From assembly GCA_013115125.1 (NCBI GenBank), contig JABANN010000372.1, positions 1-34,599 on the forward strand: 34,599 nt of DNA. Reading direction: 5' to 3'. Shown piece by piece: positions 11,153 through 24,001 of the stretch (position 1 is the first letter of the stretch; every line of letters begins with the position of its first letter). The notes beneath the pieces were generated by a model that saw only the letters and a list, made by a program, of their open reading frames with translations, did not search any database and was not told the DNA's origin. Source of the DNA: Perkinsus olseni. Lineage: Eukaryota. The position numbers were made by a program, and so were the translations under genes.

Positions 11153-11565
11153 CCAGTATAATAATACACAAACCGACTCCTGAACCACCGAGTGACAAAA
11201 GGAATACGGCGGATTCACCCCGGGCGAATTCGATATGACCTCAAAGCGCTACGTGCCTACGATTCCACACAGTAACTCGCTGAATGCCTTGATGACGATA
11301 GCTGACAACGCGTGGTTACGCATCCGGGAGACTAACCGGTAAGCACTGAGGTCCAACTAGCGGACTCGTACGGAAAATGCACTTACTGGCACTATTCGAA
11401 CTGCAGGCGGTGAGGATAACCCGTGATGCTACCGTTGATGACCAATCACTAGGCCGATCACGAATCAAGTGATCGGGAACGTCCAAGGGAACAACGAGAA
11501 GTCGATTCATCCCGTTTACAAAGAGGCTCTGGAGGCAATCGCGTGCGCCTCAGTAATCGATTGCA

Positions 11566-14500
11566 ATGTTGCTCTCCATTTGCTTCTTGCTCACACCGAT
11601 CTATGCCTACTGGACCCCATGGAATAGTCTAGTGGACCTGCTCAGCAATCAGAATAATATGTGCGCCGCGCTCCGATCCGAGCTGAGCCTTTCGTTCTCA
11701 CTGACCCCCGCTTTTTTCGAAAGACATCAGGTACTTGCCGGGCTTGATTGCCGAGGACTCTGCTGCAGCCCCTGTCGAACGGCTTCCCATAGGAGATGCA
11801 GTCTCTCTAGATCTTGACTGGTACTCAGACGGGTATATATATCGGTGATGGGTGGTGCATGATACTAGTCTAAACTCCGCAATATCCCTCGCCTGGGGCT
11901 CTGATCTATCCAGTAGAATGCCCTCACTCTCATTGCTACCGCGAGAAAGGGCCACTTGCCTTTCCAGGTTCGATCTCATCCATCACCAGAAGGAGATGGA
12001 TCTGCCCGGTCGCTATGTAGCCGACGGGAGCGGGTGCTACCGCACGTCTGCCGCTTCTTGTATGTAGCCCTGGTGATGGAAATTTCTCAGAGAGACTCGC
12101 GAATGCTGGTCGGGGGAAATAGCTGGACCTTCCGATGGGACGCTACTCGGCAAAGTATAAGCGTGCCGACGATACTGCATGTACCGGAAGGACTTCATTT
12201 ACCTTCAGGGGAGGGATATTCTCGCCGAACTCTCGTTGGAAGGAGCCGGAGCGGAGACCTGGGGTAGATCTGTATCCACCGCCTTGTTCTGCCCGTGGTT
12301 ATCAGGGCATACACCCCTCACTGGCACGGTCTACAGCATCAGTGTGCTATGGGAGGCAGACTTCCACACGGCGGTAACCAATTACCTTGTTGCCCAGGAG
12401 AGCGCTAGCGAGGAAGCAGCTCGAGCATCGGCGCTTCGCAGAGTTAGATGCGCCTCGGAAAGAATGGTACTAGGGATGCGTGTTACGTATCCCAACAGAG
12501 CCGACTGTGGATGAGTCGGTTGCAGTATTCACGACCGCTCGGTCGACGGCTGTGGTTGGCCGATAGATATCAGCCGCGTAGTATATACTGGGGGACTGGA
12601 GGTCTCTTCCTCCCTCAGCTCTGCTACCTGCTCAAGATGGCGATTTTGGTAGCCGATGCAGCAGTTGTGGAGGAGATGAGCAGTGCTGGAAACGTAAGGC
12701 ATGCGTGTTATAGCGCATGTGCTTTCGTCTGCTTGAGTACTGCAGGGAAGTCGTTAGATGGAGTTGTTCCATAACCTGGCCTCGGATTCGTTTCCAAGCA
12801 GGGATCTACTCTCAGCCGCTGCGCACTTCTCGCCGTCGTGTTTCTTTAGAGAACCACAATGTACGGCCGGCTAAGGAGGTCCTTAGCGGCGGCCCAAGTA
12901 CTCTACCACCACGGCATCGAACGCCTGGATAGCTCCGGTTGGACAGCCTGCCCCGTGGTGGACCTGCTATCGGCCCTACGCTCGATTATATTACAGGTGG
13001 CATTAGCAATCACGGAGTTGGCTGTGCTGCGTGTCTCCTGGTCCGAGCCTTCACGTCGAACTCCTTGATGATAAGGTCTACATCAGGCTCAAGACGTGTT
13101 CGGGAGCCGTCTAGATCGGTCGCTCGGCGAGATCGTCCATCCTTGGCGGAGCCCACTGTCGCCCTTACCACTAGACCTTGATAATAGAAGCCGAGTCTGT
13201 TCCAGCTGGTCCACTGATCTCTTACCACAAGAGACTCTATGGCTGGCCGAGTTAGCTCACCACGCAGAAGAGGATGCACCGTGGATGAAGGTGCTTGCTC
13301 GTTACAGTGGTTGTCACATGTAGTCGGCGTAGGTTATCGTCGCGCGATTGATGGCAGATCTCGGTCTCTCGCAAAGAACGTTCTGCAGCCAGTTTGAGTA
13401 ATAAGCAACATGTGCTTCGTGCGGCCTTGCCGACCGATTTCTCCGCCGTATGAAGACCTCCATCCGTACAAGCTTTAGGGGTGCTTGCATTTAGGCCAGT
13501 ACCCCCGAACCTAGAGATACAGACTCTCATTGACTGGGAAGGGCCGTCAGACCTCATTCAGGATCGAATGCTAGCTTTAATGGCGCTGAGTCCTTCCGAA
13601 GGCTTCTCCATCCCTCGAGTGCCACAGCAGTTCGTTCCGGTCCGAATGCTCCTGAGAAATCAGCCCAAGCTGAGTATAGTAGTATCAAGTCGGGTCGATG
13701 ATTTTGGCGTCGACTCTGTAAAGCGTCTACAAGTCATGCTGAAGATGGCGGCATACGGCTGCCACTCGTCCCGTATACTATGCGAAGTGGTGGTGGTCGA
13801 GTGGGCGCCCCTGCCTGGTAGAGCTGGATTGGTTGATGTTCTCGAGAGCAGCAAGCTGCCATCAATAGTGATACGCGTTGTTACCGTACCGTACAGTCTC
13901 CACCGCCAATTCCCTGGTCATCGACTATGGACTTTTCCCGATAGTGTTGCGGCAAATGTCGGCTTTGGTCGTGCTACCGGGGAGTGGATCCTCAAGCTGA
14001 ACACAGACAGCATAGTCAGTAAGCAACTGCGCAGTGGCGGTCGGTATCCTCTCCGCGAGCAGCTCCGCAAGTTTTCGAGCTTCTGGCAGTGGATACCCTT
14101 TTGAGGCCGGATACGGTCTATCGAGCTACCTATATTGATGCTCCGGTGGACGTCGACCAAGCACTGGAGATGCCGTCGGATCGCTTCTTGGGTGAGTGTA
14201 CTGTACAGTCATGTTGACATTACCTTCATGCAGAGGCTCTGGTCATGAGCCCGGAATACGAGGAAGCCGTTGATGCAGGGGCTTCGGATCGATCAATGAG
14301 ATTTGGAGAATCACGAGATTTCTGCAAGCTGAGTCATACCTGTGGAGACGGGAAGCCCAGGGATGCGCTTCTCTCGACCAGGAGCTCCTCTCAACGGAAG
14401 TACTGCCCAACGGTCGCCAAGTGACCTCTACTGGCTGGGTGGGTGCTGGAAGGGCCCTCGGTTTGCAATACTGCCTCAACTTAGGGAGTGGCGACTTCAT

Positions 14501-14919
14501 ACTCTTAAATAGAGCGGCACTAGAGGCCTCTTCCGGCTATCCCAACGTGTTGCAGCATAACCTCATAGATGACACTTTGCACTGCCGACTGCAGTATAAG
14601 GGATTCAATCAAGTGGGCCGTCAGCTCCATGCGACCACCGAACCGGTGCGAGCTAGGTCCTCCTTCACCCTCCGTGCGTTAACATTCATATGCATCACAG
14701 AAGGGACTCGGATTACCTTTCAAGTCAGTAGCACAGGCTTGAAGGCGACCGTTGCCGATGAGGTGTGGTTGGTCAGCTGTAGGCGTGTGGAGCCTATCAT
14801 CAGACGACTGGCAGGACATGTGTAGTGACCCCTTCAAACCTCTACTGGGGGAAATTAATATGGATCCTCACTGGCTTTTCACAGGGCATGCCTTCACAGA
14901 AAGCACTTTTCTATTGTAG
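11566..14919 (+). CDS. Signal-peptide protein with a C-terminal GT-A (GT2-like) glycosyltransferase domain, multi-exon
   Basis: N-terminal MLLSICFLLTPIYA. GT-A-like segments KLSIVVSSRVDDF...EVVVVEWAP...IRVVTVP...AANVGFGRATGEWILKLNTDSIV, then GSGDFILLNRAALEASSGY...IDDTLHCRL. It is unproven that the 5' exons belong to the same gene. Confidence 0.6.
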
Positions 14920-15083
14920 CTTCTCATGGCGATAGGGTGATTTGCGTTTCTCTAGTTCTGGTGAGTAGTAACGGATGGCAAGGTATATTCGGATGGGGCG
15001 GTTGAGTTCATCTCTTGGCGTGTTGCGTTAATGTTAGACTACAGAGATCTGTACAGATAGGTTGGATTTTCACCGGAGATTGA

Positions 15084-16781
15084 ATGTCGTCTTCGCCGAG
15101 GCGGACGCCTCCTAAACGTCGGAGGGGTGACGATCTGTCCTCCGAGGTCGGGTCTCTGCTCAAAGGAAAAGACGAAGACAAAGCTAGACAGGTACGGATA
15201 GTATGAGCTCCGCCGGATAGCCATCACGGTGGCAGATCTTGTCACGTGTCAAGAAGGAAATATCCTCGGCTGATATAACGGAATGGTCGGACCCTGTGGA
15301 CAGCAAACACAACACGCTCCTGCATCTGGCGGTATCGGCCCGCAACCCGATGTAAGCCTGTAAGGCTGTGCTAAGCTCGTCTCGTGGACCAGCGCTAATA
15401 CGCCCTTAGGTTGATTCGCCTTCTATGCAACGATTTCCATTTCAATATCAACTCTCAGCGGAAAGGCGACAAATGTAAGTGATTGTTCTCCCTACACTCG
15501 ACTGCATCCAGACGAATGCGGCATCCGCTTGCATCAGGCACACCACTCCACCTCTCTATCTGGAATCAAACGGCGGATATCACTAGTATTCTCAGTGATG
15601 AATTGGCGGCAGACTGGGATCTTAAGAACAGCAGAAATGAATCTCCTAGAGACCTCAAAGCATTGAGAGATAAGATGCTGCGACTGGTAGGCGATCTTAC
15701 CCAGGAGGCAATGTACACAGACGCTTGTCGTCTTCAAATGAGCGTTTTGCAATAGCCTCAGCACGCTCAATCTGGGAGGCAATCGTCACTTTGGTCCACG
15801 TTGCCCATTTCACTTCGTACTGCGTAAGTGGGACGTTCAGGTTTGGATATCGATGGTCACGGCACCTCCGGAGAGAACAGGTCAGATCCCGCCCGTCCTC
15901 GAAGTTTATATGAGGATTACCAACAGCGAGGCGACGGAGGTTGTCAGTGAGAACCGATACGTGGTGGAATGCCCAGCTAAGAAGTGAGTGAAACTGCTCA
16001 GGTTTGCGTGCTGTGTTTTCTCGTTACATAGTGTATACTATTGTTGTCGTTCTTGTCAGGCTCGATGCAAGCTGTGGAGATGCACTCCTCGCTAGGCTGA
16101 AGCAGAAGAATGCTTACTCGCCTGGGGGGTTGTAAGTCTTGCTTCCCGACAGGAAGTTCCCGTCACTGCCTCCCACAGTGTGTTATTTCGGATTAGGTAC
16201 TTCGAATGCGACAGATCTACGATGTCCTACGATGCATGCGCAGAGGCGATGCTGGAAGTCCTGAGAAAGGAGTGTCCTCGGCGCTACTGCCTCTTGGCTG
16301 GTTACAGGTAGGGCCTGCGATTTGGTCGCTTCGTCGTCATCCTCTCCCGAGCTTGGATCAAAGTTTTATTACCGCAAAACTCCCAAGGCTCAGTTACTCC
16401 AAGTGGTTCAGTGATCTCGTTTGATGAGCTCCGCTGTTCGTCTGGACTCTTTTGTCTGTCATTTGTCAGGGCCCATGCATACCGTGGACTGCTGCAGACA
16501 CATCTGCCGAGAGTTGCCGACTGGCTGCATCAGAACGCAGTTATGGATGTATCATCTCTGCACCAGTACGAGGGAGAGGCCTCAGCTCGGAAACGCGAAG
16601 GTTCCGTCTCGACTCTGGCAGGTTTGCGACTCGCTACGGGCGCGTCGCCGGTGCTGCACCTTCGAACCACCCACGATCGTCACTGGGCGGGAAGGCATAT
16701 TCCTTGGATGCCGAGTCTGACGTAGATTCCAGCATCGAAGTTTTTCGTTGGCTACTGGAACAGAATTGTATGTTTCGTTGA
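15084..16781 (+). CDS. Hypothetical multi-exon protein, possibly TBC/Rab-GAP-like
   Basis: Exons MSSSPRRTPPKRRRGDD, DITSILSDELAADWDLK...LRDKMLRLVGDL and AYRGLLQTHLPRVADWL. The last resembles the TBC-domain LLxxHLPxLxxHL helix. Catalytic IxxDxxR/YxQ motifs were not recognised. Confidence 0.4.
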
Positions 16782-16954
16782 AGACTTGAAAGAGAAGCAG
16801 TGTTGGGTTAGGGACGGGTGGTGAGGAGTGCTCCCTCGCTCTTTTTCCCAATCGTAAGCCTTTGAGGAGGGTCGGCGCAACGGGATATTGTTCGATCCAC
16901 CCAGCAGTTCGCTCGCCCGGACGCCTTTCTTGCGCTCAACTGTTGAGTTCCACT

Positions 16955-17641
16955 ATGGAGCTGTTACTCCGGCAGCTAGTTCTATCGCGAAAGCTGCGCA
17001 TGCTGTCTTTTCTTCTGCTCGCTCTCACGACCGAGGCCAGTCAGAAGGCCCAAGGTCCGCCCCTGCCCTCAATTGGTAAGTACAAACTCAATCACTCCGC
17101 TGCGGACCCCTTACCCGCGGGTATGGCGGACGTTACAATGCGTATCAAGATCCCTGAGGGCAATGGTAAGACCAGACTCGCGGATTTGGGATTTCGCTTG
17201 GGCAACGGCAGGATGATGGGCCTCACCAACCTCGAGCTAAGGCGGCCTTCGAATCCTGAGTATTGGCTGAAAACATCCGCCCTGTCAACTTACAACTACG
17301 AAAACTGCTACTCTTTGCGAAAGCGAGGCGATTTTATGGATTATCAATCAGTAGCGACGACGTTTCCAGAATTAAGCAACATGCGTGGTGCCACTACACA
17401 TGTGTGTTTTGACGAGACCAGCAGGCGGGACGATGGCACATATGCCCGAGTGACTCTGAGTATCGGAAGGGTGAAAGCTGAGAATGGGGAGGAAGCTGTT
17501 CAATTCGAGATACACCTGGCATTGAGCACCGATGAATATCAGAGTACAGGATCGGCTACAGCGAGTACGCCCAAGGTGACGAATAGAAAGAGAGCCCGAA
17601 GGTCAGGTCGTCGAAAAAGTGACCATCTCGATGAAGGTTAG
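16955..17641 (+). CDS. Putative secreted lineage-specific protein, no intron up to the TAG, with a basic C-terminal tail
   Basis: Uninterrupted ORF. Signal-like MLSFLLLALTTEAS (alternative start 17000), a PxxGxY segment after the predicted cleavage site, a beta-rich body and the tail RKRARRSGRRK. Confidence 0.7.
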   Translation: MELLLRQLVLSRKLRMLSFLLLALTTEASQKAQGPPLPSIGKYKLNHSAADPLPAGMADVTMRIKIPEGNGKTRLADLGFRLGNGRMMGLTNLELRRPSNPEYWLKTSALSTYNYENCYSLRKRGDFMDYQSVATTFPELSNMRGATTHVCFDETSRRDDGTYARVTLSIGRVKAENGEEAVQFEIHLALSTDEYQSTGSATASTPKVTNRKRARRSGRRKSDHLDEG

Positions 17642-18049
17642 GCCAAAGTATCCAAAGGGTCAGTCCCGACGGAGCTTGAAACAGCGCCGTCGAGGCAGCC
17701 TTCGGTTGCAGCTCCTTTCGAGCCGATGAAGAAGTCTTGGGAGGGACGGGATGAGTCGATGTTGCCTCCCAAAAAACGGACCTGGACAGCGAACCCGCAT
17801 TGATGGGGGGGGGTGTCCTGGGCTGTAAATCAGGGTTGCCATTTCTTGTGCTGTGAGTAGCTTCAACTGAGCACCTCACGCCAAACATGACCGCTGTCTA
17901 TCTTCGGCTTGATGACGCTTTGAAGTACTCTTGTGTAAAGGTGTTGTGGGACTAGAGCCTTGTCGTGTTGCTTAGTACGGTATGATCAGTAGCTCCGAGG
18001 TAGGGTCATACTAGTATCGGCTCGTAATGTAGCGCGGAGCTGGGAGAGG

Positions 18050-18429
18050 TGATGAAGCCTTACTCTGCGCCACTCGGGCAGCACGAAGCATCTGGCCAGC
18101 ACGATTCGACTCACTCCGACGGGGACCAGTATACAGATGAGCAGTGTACATGAGCGTCAATGAGTTCAACAAGAAAGTCAACTATACCATTTTTATGCGT
18201 AGCAATGGTCTCATATACCCTCATCTCGCCTGCAAGCGATGTGTCACATGTGGATGCGCACTCGAACGACGATCGCTCAGCAGTGAAGGAACTGCCGCAC
18301 TCAGTGACACTCAATAGAGCTTTCGAATTCACACTTGAAATATTAAATATTGTGGAGTCAGTTATCGCTCGCCCTGGTATATTATTGGCGATGGATGGAA
18401 TGGGCACAGGTTTAGGCAGTCAACTGTGA
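18050..18429 (+). CDS. Possible exon(s) of an unassigned gene, or a 5' extension of the DTW gene
   Basis: Open stretch ...KELPHSVTLNRAFEFTLEILNIVESVIARPG. No family recognised. Confidence 0.25.
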
Positions 18430-18491
18430 GCCAGCCCACTTCATTGAGATCGTGGTACTCAGAACGTTCCCTATAGAGGTGTAGATGTAGT

Positions 18492-20122
18492 ATGGAGGCG
18501 ATGCTCTGGCAGAGAGAGCGGAAAGCCGAACTTCGTCGGGCGCAACAGCTTTTCGATTATGAGCGTACCGTACCACCGTTACTCCTTGGGCTGAGGACTC
18601 GCAAGGGAATTGGCTTCCGCGCAGGCAACTGGCTCCCGGCGCACTAGTCGTTCACGGTGCGTGTAGTACAGTAGTGAGCGAACTGCATTAGGATTGGCTT
18701 TGTTATGAACTGCTGTTTCGAGTAATTCAACTTTGAATGGCCGATCGATCCCACTCAATCGACCATCTAGTTGCGCGCCTCCCAGATTGGGATGACAACG
18801 TTGAGTCCGAGGCTTCAGCTGTAATTGATGAAGCCACGGAGAATTGTAAATTGGTAACGAATGATGCTTGGAATAAGAAGCAATGGAAGGAGACAAAGAA
18901 GCCCATAAACAGTGCCCGGATTGAACATGTACTACAAATAGATGTCTGAGGGTTGAAGAGAAGCCTGACTGATCGTTGCCATCATCAGCTGGGGAATCTT
19001 CCTCGAGAAGAGCGGGAAAAAGTTGGTGTTGCCATTACTACTGCCACTAGCAAGCTTATGATTGAGCACAGCCACAGGTGAGGCTCCCACCATTACGGGT
19101 CTTGAAGCCTGAATACCATTGCAACACCTAACCGGGGATAGAACTCACTTTGGGCCAATAGGAGATTAGCGTATCTACGGCGGAGTGGCAGTGGCTCTCT
19201 GTTCAGGTGTATGGAGTGTGCTATGAAGAAGAAGCTTTGCGTGTGTGATGAGCTGCGCTCTATGCGCCCCACTGACGAGGAAAGGCGCTATCTTAACTTC
19301 GACATAGCGGTGTATATGCATGCCAAGGAACGATATAGAGCTTCGAATACAGGAAAGGTCCTGGAGAAGCTCTACGATGCGAAGATGTACTCTGGGAGGA
19401 GAGGCTGTGCGGGGTACTTTCAATGCAGACGATGGAATGACTGCTATTGGGCAGTTACGTGGATTCGGTCGAGGAAGACATGAGAGCATTGCAGGAGGCC
19501 ATAGATGCACGCAAATCTAGGTAGCGGAGTTCGATCGTGGGAATTTTCTATCAGCGCTACGTACAGGTGCTGCGTGTTGTTTCCGTCAAACGATTCTAGA
19601 ACAGTTGAAGAACTCCGATCCGAGGGTGTTTTATCCCGCCCAAGCGACCTCGCGGCCGAGGGAGAGAGCGTTCTGATCATTCTAGTGGATGGAACTTGGA
19701 AGCAAGCCAAGAGACTACAGAGTAGTAATTTCGTATACGAGCTACCTGCATATCTCGTGTGCCGTGGGCATTTTCCCTTCGCTTGCGACGTCCGTCATTT
19801 TCTCGGCTTTTCCATGACGAAAATGAGGAAGAGTCCGGCGTCGTGCTTCAGAGCGGATAGACCGTTCGGTGCCCCGTATCCGACTGATGCCTACGACGCT
19901 TTCTCGATTCATGTGTCGCACACAGAGTCAGGCGGATAGGTAGTTTGGGTAGGGTGAATCTTTCCGCCCATGCGAGTTTGCCGGTCTCTCAGAGTCTGTA
20001 CGGTAGAGGCCGCGGCCCTGTTGATGTCTGAGATGGGTTACCCGGCCGAAGAGTACAGATTGTTACAGGGCCTCGAGGCGGTTGTACGAGCGTTCAACCT
20101 GCAGACTTTCGGCACTCCGTAA
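18492..20122 (+). CDS. DTW-domain protein (tRNA-uridine aminocarboxypropyltransferase, TapT/DTWD2-like), multi-exon
   Basis: HR|CMECAMKKKLCVC (CxxC...CxC), YMHAKERYRASNTG, VLFPS, LVDGTWKQAKRL (DxTW motif) and CTVEAAALL. The start and N-terminal exons are tentative. Confidence 0.85.
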
Positions 20123-20219
20123 TACAGCAACTGGACGAATTCTCGACACGACTGTTGAATTCACCGTCGTAGCGTAGTAGATCTCGTCATTCTCATCGAT
20201 TTACTCGTGCTTCATTCCG

Positions 20220-20486
20220 ATGGGGAACGGATCAAGCGCTGTCAGGCATCGTCCAGCCGGGCGTCAGAAACGGAAGCCGCATTTGTGCGCGTCTTACCAG
20301 TCCCTTCCTCCCCAACCGGCATCGCTCAAGCACGTTGATCAGCGGGCGATGCATCCTTCATTTGGGAAGGGCTATACTGACACCTCTAGCTTCAAGTGGG
20401 AGCTTTCAATCCCAGCCGTCCTTGCAATCGTAGGAGTTGCCTTTGTGGCTGTGTGCAGCGTCAGACGAGGCGTTTCCGAGTTGTGA
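20220..20486 (+). CDS. Possible small single-TM protein
   Basis: 88-aa ATG ORF starting MGNGSS with a hydrophobic stretch LSIPAVLAIVGVAFVAVC followed by RR. It sits in the gap between DTW and NOP9. Confidence 0.3.
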   Translation: MGNGSSAVRHRPAGRQKRKPHLCASYQSLPPQPASLKHVDQRAMHPSFGKGYTDTSSFKWELSIPAVLAIVGVAFVAVCSVRRGVSEL

Positions 20487-20618
20487 CGAACTGCCTTCTC
20501 CCCGGCCCGTGTTGCGTTGGAGTTCCGAGAGCCTTCCTTGGGCATGCCCGATCGGCTGAGGGGGGTGACGTTTACCGGCGGAGAAGTACGTTGCCAGCAG
20601 TTCATTCTTGGTACACTA

Positions 20619-23600
20619 ATGGCTCGTGGTGGTCGCAACAGACGGAAGAGCGTCGGGTATCAACAACAGGATGAAGACACCCGCAACGACGATAACACTG
20701 CCGCTGCTCCGAGGCGGAATGAAACTGGCCCCCCTGCTCGCAGCTTGGCCGCGAAGGAGAAGGCGAAAGATCTGACGAGGTACTGGGAGTGGCATCGGGC
20801 TATCCTCTGGGACCTAACGTGGCTGGAAACATGTCAAGGCGCACTCTTGGGATGACCGGCTTCGATAGGAATTTCTGACCGCGTAGTAGCTCGGAACGAC
20901 TTACTGACTTGTTGCAGTTACCTCCGATCGGTCGGGGAGGTTCTGAAGCTTGGGGAGGCTAGCTCTGGAGAGCCTCTCGCTGATGTCACTGCCAACCTCC
21001 CAATGATTGCTGCTGTATTGGAGGAGCTCAAGGGTCAGGAAGGGCTCCTGTTACAGGACCAAACTGGCAGCAAGCACTTGCAAAGACTGGTAGTATCGCC
21101 ATTCGAAATCCCTTGGCGAGGACATACGAGTACGGTAGGTACGATTCCTGAAGAACAACAATCTCGGAGAAGAGCTGGTGGACCTCTGCTCGAGGCTGTT
21201 GGAGAAAACGGATATGTAATAGAGGTTTGTTGAGGCTGGAGAACTTCGAACACTAAGAATTTTGTGAACTGCGAGCCAACGTTTTCCGGGTTTTGCACGG
21301 GGCAGACTATCTCGAATAATAATCGATTTGGCAGGTACTACGATCAGTACGGCAGTCACGTCGTGCAGGAGGCAGTAGCGTGTCTAGTAGCTCAGTTGGA
21401 TAATGATCAGGTAACTCTGTCGTCTTGTCGCATTGTGGCCCGGGTTCGACCCTAGGGGATGCCATTTCGACATTGGCAGGTGCGGTCTATGTTGAAGACT
21501 CTTGTGAAGTACATCATCGAGAACTTCTCCGACATGGTCTGGGACGCCTGTGCAACTCACATTGTAAGTCAGACCATGGCACGCCTTCCCGGGGGATGAT
21601 TCTTACAACTTGGCGGGACGATTCAACCTACTGTGTGTTAGAGTCATGAGACTCGGATAGGGGACGGGGTCCGGTCGATTGTCGTCAGCTTGTTTCGGTA
21701 AACTTTTTCGGATGAGCCTGGGTTTCAGATACGCTCTCTGGCACTGACGTTAGCTGGTTACGTACAGCCTTCAACGAGCTCTAACAAGAAGAAAAAGAAG
21801 AAGCAGCAACAACAGAACGCTGCTGCCAGCGGTCGGGATACAGCACTAACTCTGCCGTCGCATAAGCTCGAAAAGGGCGGTAGGACTCGGGCCGGAGCGA
21901 TTGCCATCTGATCGGCGATGAGCAACATCGCATATGCGTGAAGCTTGCATACCAAGGCGCGGTCAGCGGGCTTTTGTGGTCGTAGAAGCTCCCTCCGTCT
22001 CAGCCCCTTCGTACTGTTCGAAGCTCATCGCCAAGCTTTGTGGTTGCCTGGACTTCGTCGAGACCGACGACGAGTCGCAACAGCAACAACAGCTGAGCGA
22101 GCTCTGTGAGCACCCCTCCTCCTCTGGTAAGGCGCTTGTCTCGTCAGGAGATTACAGCATCTCGTTTAGTTACAATACAGTTGCTAGCGACCGTCGGTTC
22201 CCCAAGTGAAGGAGTCTTCAAGTCAATACTTGGTAGTACTGGGACAACCGCGTTGTCGTCGTTCATTGCAATGGAACAGGGGAATCGTGCGTGGTAGTGC
22301 TGATCTGAAATAGTGCTGCATTCAGGTGACGCGGACTCAATTCGGCGACTGATGAGCTCTGGCCCCGGTTCTCGGTCACTGGAGGTATTCATAGCTCGCT
22401 GTGCTACCGAGCAGCCGACAGTCTTCCACTCGGGAGTTATGGGCTTCGTGAAGGACCTCGGGGGTGAGGAGATGGACCATCTATACGAGGGAGGGTTCGG
22501 CCTCTACGTCCTCCAGGCGGTAGTATGGGAGGGCATTGCTGGTCCTTTCATGTTGTGCGGGGGGCCTGTCATCGTCCGGGCTGTCGATCCTCGGGAATAT
22601 CGTGACTCAGATCATCTCTAGCGTCCGCGAGCCTCCCCACCTGCATGAGCTCTTGAGCAAGGAAGGTTTGATAGAGTCTCTTGTGGCCAAGACGGCGACG
22701 TCACCACCGTAAGCATCTCTCTGATCGTCTTTCCGGCATCGGTCTGCTGCCTCAGTCACCTGGCGACCCTACAAAAGCTTTGTGAAGCATGTGCCCACGT
22801 CAACGAGCATTATAAGCTTTTCGCTGATCGATTCTTCGGAGCACTGGGCATCAAGGGCAGCGAGGCTTTCCCGAGGGCGTGGGGTGAGACAACACCGTCT
22901 TACGCTTCCGCAGTAGGGCCACATTTGTCTCCTACATGCAGGTGTTATGCTATCGCTTTCGCCCACCCAGTCCACCCTTCCTCGGGCCCCTCTGTCGTCT
23001 GGAGCGTGTATCCTGGCTACGACCCTCCTCCTGCGGTTCCCAGCCAGGAGGGTCCAGCCTCTTGTCAGTGGCTTCGGCCCACAGATTCTGGCCGACGCCA
23101 AGAAGTCGGAGGAAGAGTCATCTGTCATAGGGTACTGTACTGACCGCGCCGGCGGAAGGCTCATAGAGAGTGTAAGGAGCGGGTTACACTCCTTTGGGGT
23201 TAGCAACCCTCAGTGTTACAAGGTCGCACCGGAGCAATTGCGTTTTCATTGTCTTCAGCTCATTGACGACTCCAACTCCCCCATTCAGCAAGGACAGCGA
23301 ATGCAGTTTATTCGTGCATTAGTGAAGCACGATGGCTTGATCGAGAAGTTAGCGACACAACCGTCAGCTGGGTCATGGGTCTTGGCGAAAATGTGGGAGA
23401 GCTCAATTGCTGATGTAAATCGAAGGAACTTTCGTCTTCTTTCTCTCTATAGCCTGTTGCTCAGGCCGCAGTCCGCAAGACGATGGCTGAGCGCCTGGTG
23501 AAGATCGAGGAAGATATCAAAGAGAAAAACATGGTCTTGTGGAAACGACTTGGGCTGCATGAGTAGAAGACTGTGAATCGCCAGCCCCCTTTACTATTCA

Positions 23601-24001
23601 ACCCTACTAGGTTCAAGGTGGCTAACGAGGAGTGGGAAGAAAAGATGCAGAAGCAATCCCAAGCGAGAGAACTTTTCGACGATATCCTCAATTTGGATAC
23701 CTCGACGGCTGGGTCGAAGAAAACAGACAAGAAACGGACGGCTGATGAGCAGTCCGATGGTGAGGATGAAGAAGAGAAGAACGACGAAGAAGCCGATAAG
23801 TAGCGGGGGCGTAGTCACGGCTGAGGCCTCGAAGGTCTATCCGTGCTGGTCCGGAGAAAGCTTGCCCCATTCAGGCCCAAGATCTCAGAAAAAGAGCAAG
23901 GCGAGGGTGCAGCTGATCTCGCGGATGCCTTGGCGTTATTGGGCAAGAAAAGGAAGGGAGGAAAGTTCAAGGCGCCTAAGAAAAAGAAACGCCAACAGTA
24001 G
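20619..24001 (+). CDS. NOP9: Nucleolar protein 9 (Pumilio-like repeat, 18S rRNA maturation), multi-exon
   Basis: Basic start MARGGRNRRK, then VLEELKGQEGLLLQDQTGSKHLQRL and degenerate Puf repeats DQYGSHVVQ, WDACATHI, GPGSRSLEVFI, DRAGGRLIES, PSAGSWVLAKMW. RKTMAERLV...EEWEEK and an acidic/Lys-rich tail ending PKKKKRQQ*. Confidence 0.85.

Noticed and set aside
11236..11510. Short ORFs on both strands in the divergent gap, with a GTAAG..CTGCAG intron-like segment
   Set aside because: No coherent protein emerges after splicing. It is more likely UTR or promoter sequence.
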